A stretch of 64,000 nucleotides of DNA from Macrostomum lignano (lineage: Eukaryota): positions 83,197-147,196 of the forward strand of contig NIVC01001416.1 of NCBI GenBank assembly GCA_002269645.1, in the 5' to 3' direction. The translations under genes and the position numbers were made by a program. The notes under the pieces were generated by a model, which saw only the letters and a list, made by a program, of their open reading frames with translations, searched no databases and was not told where the DNA came from. Numbering within the stretch: position 1 is the first letter of the stretch; each line of letters begins with the position of its first letter. Below are positions 10,851 through 22,220 of the stretch, one piece after another.

Positions 10851-13800
10851 TGTGTACATTGTGTACATTTGCGTACATGTGGTCCTATATACCGGAAATT
10901 GCGTACATTTATGCGTACAATTATGTCTATGCGCTACATTGTGTGTAGTTCGTTGCCCTGCGTTTGTAAATACAGTTTAGTCCGTGCACTGCATTGATGC
11001 CTACTTTTGTGTTAGGTACCTGCTTTTTATTAAATACACTGCACCAAAAGCAACTTTAATCGGTACATACTGTGTTTTTGTAGAGGTGCCGGTATGCTTT
11101 TTAATACATATGTCTTTAGTGTAATTTGGTGTGCTTCAACTTGGCTCGCGAATCTTGCACTATAGCTCTCTAGTGGAAAGTACTCTTACTTGTGCTGGCT
11201 GCGGGTGATAGTAAGGCTTTCTGCTTGACTTCTTTAGTTTACTTGATGGTTAAATGAGGAGTGGGAGCTGACGCGCCTACCTCAGGGGAGGAATGCAGCC
11301 CCACGGTCTGGTGCAGTGCAGCGCTTTCTGTTATCCCTCTCCGTCCGCACTGTACTTGGTCTCCGCTAGGATCACCCCTTGGGGTTAAGAGTGGGCGGGT
11401 CCTTTGTACTCGACCCTGGGTTAAAAACTCGCATTTGGAGGCTCTGGGGAGAGTTGCAGTGGAGTTCAACAAATTTCTGATAAGATCTCTTGCGGGGGCA
11501 TGACACTCGTCTCGAAATAATAAAAACCTGAACAAGTGCTGGATGCCCTTACTAGTTGGCGGGTTGTTACCTCTACAATTGTGTACTATTTCTGTCAATA
11601 TTTTCCCCTGCATTATGTCAATATGTGCTACAGCGTGTCATAATATGATACTTTACGCACTAATATGTATCATAATTTTCCTGCATTATGCCTGCTTCTG
11701 TCTCTACGATGTGTGTATTTTAGCCTATGCATCTACATAATTCGAATCTACAGTGTGTGCATATGCACCTGCATTATACTTGTATCTACTGTGCGTATGT
11801 GTATTTCAACCTATGTTTTACAATATACTAGCATCTACAAGCGCCTACTACACTAATGAGTAGGTTCTGTGTATTATACCTACTATTTTGTCTATTTCAC
11901 CTACTTTTCTGCCAAAATATCGATAAAATGCACCTACATTGTGTGTTTTTTGCTGCCCATATGCTTAATTCTATATGTCCGTACGCCTATATGTTTCGTA
12001 ATATGTATTATGCCCTGATATTTACACCTACTGATGTGATTAATATGTGTTTTGCTTACTTTTTACGTAAATATACGCAATTTCACCTACTATAAGTAGT
12101 TTTCACTAGCCTAATTTTGTGTTAATAGGTATTGTTGACTACAAATCGATGTACACTCATATCGGGAGAGTGTACACTCATATTGGGAGAGTGTACACTC
12201 ATATTGGGAGAGTGTACACTTGTATTGGGAGAGTGTACACTCATATTGGAAGAGTGTACCTTCGGCTCGGGAGGGGGGCGCCCGCGGCGTACATTTCGGG
12301 GGGCCGCTTGGCACCTGTGGCTCGAGTGCCATAAGGTAGGGTGTACATGTCGGGGTACATGTCGGTGGGGTCGCCTGCGACATACATGTTGGGTACATGT
12401 CGGGAGGGTCGCCTGCGGCATACATGTCGGGAGGGTTGCCTGCGTCATACATATCGGGGCGCATGGACAGGTCTCGAGTGGTGTACTCTTTGTGTGAATG
12501 CATTCTTGGTGTGTAACTCTTGACCATCCCTTCCCTCCAGGAGCACTGCAAGTAGACTAGTATGGCTTGGTATTCGGAGTTGGCGTGTGTACACAATATA
12601 CTCTTTGTAATATTTACCTGACCTGGGTTTGTAAGGTCTAATAACATATAAATGACTACTGTTGACCCGTTGACGCATCTGGATGGTGTGATAAAAACTA
12701 ATAACGTACCGCGATTTCGAGAGAAATCCTAGCACAATACTGTTCTGTCTGGCATGTGGAAAAGTATTTACCCCGCCTTCGCTTACTCATACTGCCTACC
12801 GACAAAGCTTATCTCTATTAGCAATCTGTTCGTGGTGGTTTAGAAGGATACTGTCTTCCTGTATATAGCTCTCTATCCCTTCATCACTCGTAATAACTTC
12901 ATAAATGCTCGCTTGACCAATGGCTGGTGCTGAACTAATAATTCATACGATACATATTGGCTAATACTTTCTAACTCCGTACAGCTCACAAGTTTCTACT
13001 CTCTACCTTATCAGTAACATTAAAATGAAAAAGGTAAAATTTGCTGGTTTTGTGCTTTGTTTGCTTACTTTTCTATTAAAATACTGGCGGTTTATAATTG
13101 AAAATGTCTGCTTTTTATTCAATTTTATGTGGTTTGAAGGTTTATTTTTGCTAAAATGCATGGTTTCTTATAAAAATTTCTACTCTCGACAATGATTGTG
13201 TCTGCAGCTATTTCATTAAAATAACCTACTTTTGAATAAAACGTTGTATTTAAGCCCCTAGTTTTTTTTCAAAACATAATGGAAACCCTCACAACGCCCT
13301 TGGAACCTCCTCAAGCAGCTTACATAGAGCATGCAGACCCCGAAACCCCCTCTAGTGTGCCCTGATTTCAGCGGTCTGACGGTTAAGATCTGTATTTTTA
13401 CACTATATTTTCCTTCATACAGCAATACAGGAGGGTTTGGAAGAGTGAGTCTGGCAGGAGAGGGGGCTTGTGGGGTGATGAGGATGCGTACACACAGTTT
13501 AGCCTGTTTTAGCCTACCTTTTGGGCTAATATACTTACTATTATTACTACTATTATACCTACTATGTACATACTATTATACTAACCACTATTAAATATGC
13601 TGCACTAAAACCAACTTTTGATAATACATAGCGTGTTTTGGTCGATTCTCCCTCACGTCTCTGCCCCTACACATGTGCTCTGCTCGCTTTGTTCTCTGTT
13701 TGTGTACCTCTCTGTAACGTCTCTGTACGCTCAGACTGGTTTCTCCGTCCCCACACGCCATCTACTATTGTTTGCTGTTACCTACCCCTACACACTGCTC

Positions 13801-16800
13801 TCTGTCTCCCTCCGCGCACACATCTCTGGCCTTGCATGCAACTCCCCTGTCCTGCCCTCGCGTGGGTCCTTGTCTATACATAGCTACCGGACCCTACCTC
13901 TCTGTGCCTTGCTCGGAACTCTGTCCCAGGCCCCCCTTCACGCTTCTCTGTCCCGGGCTGCAACTGGCTGACACGCGCCTCTCTGTTCCCCTGCCTGCGT
14001 GGCTGCCTACCCCTGCACACTGCTCTCTGTCCCCTCCTCTCCGCGCCTCTCTATCATCCTATTCCTGCAGCTGACCATGCCGTTCAGCTCTGTCCACGCA
14101 CGGCTCCACCCCTGCCCGTGTCTCACTGTACCGCCCTGTGTGGCTCCCTTACCCAGCGCGTTTGCTCCCTATCTCCCTCCTGCTCCATATGTTTCTGTTC
14201 CCTCACACTACGCACCAGTGGCCAGCTCTCTGTCCATACACATCTCTGCTCCTCCACTCTATCCTCGCGTGGTCCTTGACTGTTCGCGTGCCCCTGCATA
14301 CCCTGCCTGCCTCTCTGTCCCCTGCAACTGGGGAGGGAGCTCTCTATCCTCTGTACGGCTCTCTCTGTGGGGTGTGTGTGACTCACACTGTCTCTCTGTC
14401 CTAGCATGCGCCTCTCTATCCGGCTCCTGCAGCAGGCTGTGTTATTCACATCTCTTTCCGCCCCACCCCTCTCTGCCCGTACACGCTCACTGTACAGGGC
14501 TGCGTCAGCATCGGGGTTAAAACTTCTCGCTCCCTATGCTTCAACAGTATAACAACCTAGTGGCTGGTTCTCTGTCCGCCCCACCCCTCTCTGCCCGTAC
14601 ACGCTCACTGTACAGGGCTGCGTCAACATCAGGGTTAAAACTTCTCGCTCCCTATACCCCCAAACCGTGTAGTGGCCTAGTATGGGCGCGACCTGGGTTC
14701 GATTTCGCTAGTTGAGATGTGGGTGAGAGAGGGGAAGAGGCTAGGTGGGGCAGGGCGTGAGGTATAGGGTGCCTGCGGGGTACGTATCGTTGACTACATA
14801 TCGGTGTACACACATATCGGGAGAGTGTACTAGGGAGAGTGTACTGGGGAGAGTGTACTTGGGAGAGTGTACTGAGGAGAGTGTACACTCGGGGTGCCTG
14901 CGGCATGGAAGAGTGTACACCCGGGTGCCTGCGGCTTGGGAGAGTGTACACTCGGGGTGCCTGCGGTTTGGGCGCCTGCTGCATACATATCGGGGTACAT
15001 ATCGGGAGGGTGTACATGTCGGTAGGGTGAGCATACATATCGGTACATGCCGGTAGGGTCGCCTGCGGCTGGGGAGGGTCGCCTGCGGCTGGATGGCGCT
15101 TGGCGCCACGCGCCTGCGGCGCGCGCGCGCCGAGCGCCGATATCGATACGCGTATCGATCACCTCGGGGCGCCAGCCAATGAGAGGCGAGGAGGGTTGAC
15201 ACCCACCCCACCTCCAAAACGCCCGGATCTGCCGGCCCTTAGTAGTGGGGATAATTGGCACAGCGGGAGGTCGAGAAAGTGTTGCGCAAGCAAAATTGAG
15301 AACAATAGGGCTGGGATCGGGAACAAAGGAAATGGAAATCGGGTGAAGAGTTGATTCGGGAGGTGATCAGTCACCCGAAAACTCCCACTTCCAGACCCTA
15401 AGCCTGGGAACAAAATCAGTGATCACTTACTGTTGCGGGCTCCTCTTCTTTGTCGTGCGCGTCTGTAGAACTCGTCTCCGTAGAGCGGTTCCTCCCGGGG
15501 TGGTCTTCTTGAAGTCTAGAGTCGGCCGAAGGTGAGAGCGTAACAATTAAATCGACGTCGCAGTATTTCTCGAACGCAAATCAATATAGGCCTTAAACTC
15601 AGTAATGAATATCAACGATGCGCCCTTATAACAAAATCAACTTTCTGTAATAACAACGAGGTCCTCCAAGAAGGGCGTCTTCTTCTAGATCTAACGGAAT
15701 CGGAGTCGTGTGCTCCTATCGGTTAATCTAGGATAACCAAAATCAATCAATCGATAATCCTCTAAGGGTATCGGAATCGGTCCGCAGATCCTATCCAATC
15801 CCTTAGGAAAATAGGAGGCCTCAAATTCAATGAACTCAGTCAAATCGACTGGACAGTAGCGGCCGGCAATAAATCGCTCTCAAAATCAATAACAAAGGCT
15901 CGAGCAACGGCTCACCAATTGGTTTATCTCTCTCTCAGAGATATAGCCTCGCTTAGCTGTTCCAGCAAGCTCCAAGACCTTTAGAGGCTGCTCCGAGTCT
16001 GAGATTTTTAGCTCGGATTTTAGCTTGTATTTATAGTAAAATTTTGGGGTAAACAGGTTATTTTGGGAAGGTGACTCATTTGCTTTTTGGAATTTTGACC
16101 TCTCGATAATTGAATAGAATACAACAGGTTTGCGCATCAATACCATATTTAGAATTCTATTTTTAGATGTTACATAAGATGATTACTCGTTGTTTTCGTG
16201 GTCTTCTAAAATAGTGTATGACAACTCGGAATTTTTAGATTCGCATTTTCGCATTTTTACGTTACTACTTATAGTAGTTTACTCTGTATCTTATTTGGAG
16301 ATCTGTACACTGGGATAATTTGGGAAAATCGAGAACAATCGAAAAGTAAACATTGGAGAAAAGGTGCCAATTGGGTGCGAAAACGAGAACAAAAGCGAGA
16401 GAAAATCCGGGAAATGTGATAATTGGGTGCGAAAAGGAGAACAAAAGAACCAAAAACGAGAACAATAGAAGCGGAGGTGGGGTTGGTGTCGCATGAGAAA
16501 TTTGGGGAGGAGAACAATAGCATAAGAAAGGTTGCGCAAGAGGGGTGGTGAGTCATCGATGAGTCATCGAGGGGAAAGAGAGGTCACAAGGCTTGCGTCA
16601 CCGTTTGGGAGTTTACTAAGGGTTGGGAGGCGGTGAGCGCACAAAGTACTGTGAGTAGGCACGGGAAGAAGGGGGGACAGCGCAGGAAAAACAGTCCAAA
16701 AGGAAAGAAAAAGAGGGATTTGGGGGAAAAGTACATAATAGATAGGCTAGAGCGCATAGGAAATAGAGTAGCGGGTGAGGGAGCAGAGGGGGATAGGGGC

Positions 16801-17569
16801 TCCGGAAAGGCTCGTGTGGTGGGGTGGGAGACGGAGCCGAGGCAGCAGGAGGCGCAGCAGAGCGGGAGTCAGCAGGCCTGGTCAAAGACCTGGCCCAGTC
16901 TCGACAGCTCTGCTCAAGGGCTGCACCGAGATCGGAGGTACTTTTGAAAAATTTCCCCTGCCATATCCCGCGACCAGAGCGTGGTTACATCATTATTTCC
17001 ATAGCGGGTCTCAGGGTGTGGTGGTAGACTGTAGGGACAAAGCATTGGCATGTCCCCATATCTTTTACTGGGAAGACAGGTTCCCCTTGACCTAACCGAA
17101 GGCGCGCCTTTTCCGCCTTCGAGCATCGTGTACGGGAAGCCGTGCCCGTGACTAGCACGAGAGCAGTCGATGGACGCACTGTACAGGTCCCTGCTGCGGT
17201 ACGCGGGCTCGAGTAACCGGCCCTTAGCGTCACCCTGCTCCAGAGACGCCAGATGTTGCTGGGCAGCTGCCTGAGGAGCCACGAGGGCGGTGATCAGAAC
17301 CCGCTGGCGCTGACTCCCTTGCCAAGGGTGAACTTTGCTTTTGTTCAAAGCTTTTCATGCTAACCTGAAAGCTGTCAAACTTTACCCCCACAGTCCGTTG
17401 GCACATCTCCCTCTCGTGTGCGCTCAAGGGCCGTGTCTTCTGCGAATATCTACTATTTATTAGCCATTGTGATGGTAGTGCTAAACAGCAATACATTTGG
17501 TGCTAATGAAGTTCCGGCTTTTTATGTCCTTGAACTTGAGACCAGGTATCCATGTGAAGTTTCAGGTAC

Positions 17570-17701
17570 CTATCGATCTCCCTCGATAACTACACACAAA
17601 GGTGACCGCAATGCCTTGGATGCCAAGTTTCGAGTGTATTGTAAGACATAAGCACAAAATATTTGCATGAGTCCCAGATGGTCCTTGGCGATGGCGAAGC
17701 G
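17570..17701 (-). pseudogene. Candidate C-terminal exon of the C-type lectin domain, frameshifted
   Basis: Phase-2 acceptor ccgctag; first frame gives ...WDSCKYFVLMSYNTLETWHPRHC (C...W-x4-C), shifted frame gives VTFVCSY followed by a phase-1 donor ag|gtacct. The 132 nt length is not frame-consistent. Confidence 0.35.
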
Positions 17702-18090
17702 CTAGCGGTGAGGCGTTATAAACATTATATTGCATATTCGCAGGCACACCTCAAACACACTCTCACACATCCTCATCATCTCAGGCATGTACACTGGGTT
17801 TTTTGCATTCTGAGTCCAGAATCAGGCTGCTAAATTGAAAACCAGGATGCCAGCAGGCATCAGTCGAAAAAGTTCAAAATCTAATAAAACACCAACATCT
17901 CTACCTTACCCTTTACACTGTTGAGCCTCTCTGACCCACAGAAGCGGCAGACATCTGCCAACTCCCATGTCTACAGATTGCTCAAATTTGAAAATTGATA
18001 GACATCTTTTGTAGCAATACTAAGAGTCCCAATTAATACAAAATTAAGGGTATTACATGTACAAAATCCTAGCATGTACTCTCCGTTGTT

Positions 18091-18137
18091 CAAGGACCAC
18101 TAGAAGTTACCGTCACCGTACCTTCTAGTGGTCCTTG
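18091..18137. mobile_element. 47-bp minimal deletion derivative of the same TIR family
   Basis: Perfect 16-bp inverted repeat CAAGGACCACTAGAAG / CTTCTAGTGGTCCTTG around ttaccgtcaccgtac. Confidence 0.55.
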
Positions 18138-20237
18138 TCCGAGTCCCTTGGGATTGGCTCTCATGGGTATTACTTGCACTACAGAATCCCGGCCACATTT
18201 TGAGAACGCAAACCTGAAATGATGTGGCTTGAAGTGGTGACTGACACGAAATATATCAGACTGCCTTCCTTAAAACATTTAATGAGACATTGCCTTTCTG
18301 TTATGACTTTGTAAATCGACTTAGCATTTTAATCAATCTTGTGAATACACCCACAAGAGGTTTGAAAAGCTTTCAGATAGCTATCAGGTAGCTTTGTAGA
18401 TAAATCTACTAAAAGAGCCTTCCAAACAAATCTACTTTTATGCAAACACAAGAAACGAAAAAAAACGCTGAAACCTTTTCATATTAGACATAATCATAAT
18501 TTAAATTGAAGATCGGTTATTAAATTTTTATTGAATAGTATAAAATTTGGAATCAATGACAAGAAGCAGTTTTAAGTCTGATTCATTTTTAAAATCAACC
18601 AACGAAGTCGAATAGACAATATTTTTGAAGTCTTGCAGTTGTGCTCCTCAACTGTCGCTCTTGCCTGTCTTCTTGCCGATGTAGCAGACGTGCAAAAACA
18701 GAATTCTTCGATCAAATCTGAAAAGGTAAAAACGTAGGAGATTTCGAAATTTTGTTATTTACGAAATATCTCTGCATAAGGCAATTGAATAGCTTTTCAT
18801 TGACCATACTCATAAATAGTGATTATCCCATTCAAAAATAAATTCACACGGTTTTTCACTCTTGGGTTAAACTTAAGGACTACTAAAGTCCAACGGTGCA
18901 AGGGTAACTTCTCAGTGATCCTGGGTTCAAATCTCTCAAGGGTCTGTAGGGGTGATAATTACTAGCTTCTGAATGTGAGATTGAAGCGTTGAAGCGTTCT
19001 TGAAGCAGAGATTCGAACTTGGGGTAGGCAGTAACTTTAAATCAATGTGTCATGCTGTTGAAACATTCGAATAGCATTATTAGGAAGCTCTATGTATACT
19101 ACTTTCTGGTTTTATCTTTAGTAGTATAAGCGACCTCCTACTGATATGATAGACGGTACATGTAAAATTATATATTATTCTTATTTCAACGACATACATT
19201 CCAAAATAATTATATTTACTGTAGGCATGATTACATTGCAAGTAGCAATTGTTACTTTGAAGAAGGGCTTTGAGCAATTCCCCAAAATCAAAGACCACAG
19301 AAGGCACGCAGTGGTTCATTATGGGTTCAGTAGTGGTTCAGAACAATCCTTCTGTGGACCACAGAAGACCACAGAAGGCACCCATTCACCTGCCCCAGTA
19401 CGCAGGCATGCAATCACAGAGGGTGTAAAGAGGACTTGACTTTATCACCGTCCTAAAACTGACCTGACGATTTTCATTTAAGATTCAATTCAGACTACTG
19501 AGAAAAGTAGACAAATAAAGATTTGAGTTGTAAAATTCCTCAAAAAGCCATTAAAGAACATCCTGCGCACACTAAGCTTGGCGGGAGAGAACGGTGTGTG
19601 GCTGTGGCTGACTGACGACAGACATTTTAGCGTGTCACAGTCAAGAAGTACACAGAAACTAAGAGCATTCCTACAGCTCGCTCACCGAGACAATCCGTGC
19701 AGACTTCTGGCCGGAAGAATGTCAGCATTGGGCGCCCATCTGCGGCATTCCTCTCGAGCTTGAGGAAAACTTCCTGGATAGATTTTCGTGTAGCACATCT
19801 GTAGGCTGGCACCGGGACCTCTGGAAATCGGCGACCAGGCGGCTGATGGACATCTGGTCCTGACGGTTTTCTCTTGAGCAGCATCAGCTGCATCATTCTT
19901 AGCTGTCTCCGGCTGCTGGACTCGCACTGGCGCCTTGCAAAAGTGAAAATGGCGCGCCTCAGGCTGGTAGGTGCGCCACAGCAGACGGGTCTCGGCGTCG
20001 ACCAGCAAGCCGAAGTTCATGGGCGGGCGGCTGGGACCGACAAGCCAGCTTCTGCAGTGCCGGCAGGAATGGAAATCACGCTTTAGTCAATCGTGAAGCA
20101 TTCACATGTAAGGCGTATGACCCAACTATGACAGAAGAGAGTGTTTGAATTCATGTCACACGGATTTGGGTTTCGGCCGGAAGGGATGGGGCTGCCTCAC
20201 AATCCCACTTCAGGGAAATGGGGCCTATGGTTCTGGC

Positions 20238-21644
20238 GCCCCTGGTGCTAAAGCCCCTGGTGCTAAAGCCCCTGGTGCTAAAGCCCCTGGTGCTAAAGCC
20301 CCTGGTGCTAAAGCCCCTGGTGCTAAAGCCCCTGGTGCTAAAGCCCCTGGTGCTAAAGCCCCTGGTGCTAAAGCCCCTGGTGCTAAAGCCCCTGGTGCTA
20401 AAGCCCCTGGTGCTAAAGCCCCTGGTGCTAAAGCCCCTGGTGCTAAAGCCCCTGGTGCTAAAGCCCCTGGTGCTAAAGCCCCTGGTGCTAAAGCCCCTGG
20501 TGCTAAAGCCCCTGGTGCTAAAGCCCCTGGTGCTAAAGCCCCTGGTGCTAAAGCCCCTGGTGCTAAAGCCCCTGGTGCTAAAGCCCCTGGTGCTAAAGCC
20601 CCTGGTGCTAAAGCCCCTGGTGCTAAAGCCCCTGGTGCTAAAGCCCCTGGTGCTAAAGCCCCTGGTGCTAAAGCCCCTGGTGCTAAAGCCCCTGGTGCTA
20701 AAGCCCCTGGTGCTAAAGCCCCTGGTGCTAAAGCCCCTGGTGCTAAAGCCCCTGGTGCTAAAGCCCCTGGTGCTAAAGCCCCTGGTGCTAAAGCCCCTGG
20801 TGCTAAAGCCCCTGGTGCTAAAGCCCCTGGTGCTAAAGCCCCTGGTGCTAAAGCCCCTGGTGCTAAAGCCCCTGGTGCTAAAGCCCCTGGTGCTAAAGCC
20901 CCTGGTGCTAAAGCCCCTGGTGCTAAAGCCCCTGGTGCTAAAGCCCCTGGTGCTAAAGCCCCTGGTGCTAAAGCCCCTGGTGCTAAAGCCCCTGGTGCTA
21001 AAGCCCCTGGTGCTAAAGCCCCTGGTGCTAAAGCCCCTGGTGCTAAAGCCCCTGGTGCTAAAGCCCCTGGTGCTAAAGCCCCTGGTGCTAAAGCCCCTGG
21101 TGCTAAAGCCCCTGGTGCTAAAGCCCCTGGTGCTGAAGCCCCTGTTGCTAAAGCCCCTGTTGCTAAAGCCCCTGGTGCTAAAGCCCCTGGTGCTAAAGCC
21201 CCTGGTGCTAAAGCCCCTGGTGCTAAAGCCCCTGGTGCTAAAGCCCCTGGTGCTAAAGCCCCTGGTGCTAAAGCCCCTGGTGCTAAAGCCCCTGGTGCTA
21301 AAGCCCCTGGTGCTAAAGCCCCTGGTGCTAAAGCCCCTGGTGCTAAAGCCCCTGGTGCTAAAGCCCCTGGTGCTAAAGCCCCTGGTGCTAAAGCCCCTGG
21401 TGCTAAAGCCCCTGGTGCTAAAGCCCCTGGTGCTAAAGCCCCTGGTGCTAAAGCCCCTGGTGCTAAAGCCCCTGGTGCTAAAGCCCCTGGTGCTAAAGCC
21501 CCTGGTGCTAAAGCCCCTGGTGCTAAAGCCCCTGGTGCTAAAGCCCCTGGTGCTAAAGCCCCTGGTGCTAAAGCCCCTGGTGCTGAAGCCCCTGTTGCTA
21601 AAGCCCCTGTTGCTAAAGCCCCTGGTGCTAAAGCCCCTGGTGCT
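20238..21644. repeat. Near-perfect 15-bp array (gcccctggtgctaaa), about 94 units
   Basis: Only 6 variant units, in two identical 3-unit blocks 450 bp apart. Confidence 0.95.
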
Positions 21645-21880
21645 GGCGCTCCTTAGATGAGGAAGGCAACTTTTGAAGGCAACGAATACCTGACTTCCCA
21701 AACCTATCCATGCCTTGATGAATAAAGTTCAGCTTTCGTAGCTTTCAAAAACGCGAAACAAATCAAATGTCTCAACTGCAGCTACTCGTAGGGAATAACT
21801 GAATAGTCGCTAACTGAATAGGACTGGTATGTCCCAGTAGCTTCCCAGAGTGTCCCAGGCCACCTGCAACCAGAGCTCAC

Positions 21881-22220
21881 ACGCTGACGTTGATGCCGGA
21901 GTTGTCTCTGAGCCACTTGAACTTCCCTCCGTCTGCCTCGTCTCTGTACAGTCCGGTCCACGCCGCGTCTCCTTGAAACCTGCAGTCTCTGCACTGAGCT
22001 CTGTAGTCTTCTCTGAGTCTCCAGTTCCTTGCTGAGTAGTCCATCACCCAGTTCATCTCCGACTGAGATGTGATCCACAGCAGGTGAGCAGACGGGTCTC
22101 GTCTCTGACAGTCAGAAACTGCCGCTGTGAGGTTTCGTCCGTTGGATCCCTTGACCAGGAGGTAGCAGAAGCCATTGAATTGCAGCCAGTCTGCTGTCGC
22201 ACATGAACCTCTGTTTCCAT
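21881..22220 (-). CDS. C-type lectin domain, N-terminal exon
   Basis: CATADWLQFNGFCYLLV...A..DCQ...AHLLWITSQSEMNWV...AWTGLYRD..GGKFKWL matches the C-type lectin fold signature; cccacag acceptor (phase 1) and gt|gtgagc donor (phase 2). Confidence 0.8.

Noticed and set aside
16914-20086. ORFs at 16914-17348, 19627-20020 and 19874-20086, and a similar one at 9164-9367
   Set aside because: No recognisable domain or coherent exon chain; possibly transposon or gene fragments, but not supportable.
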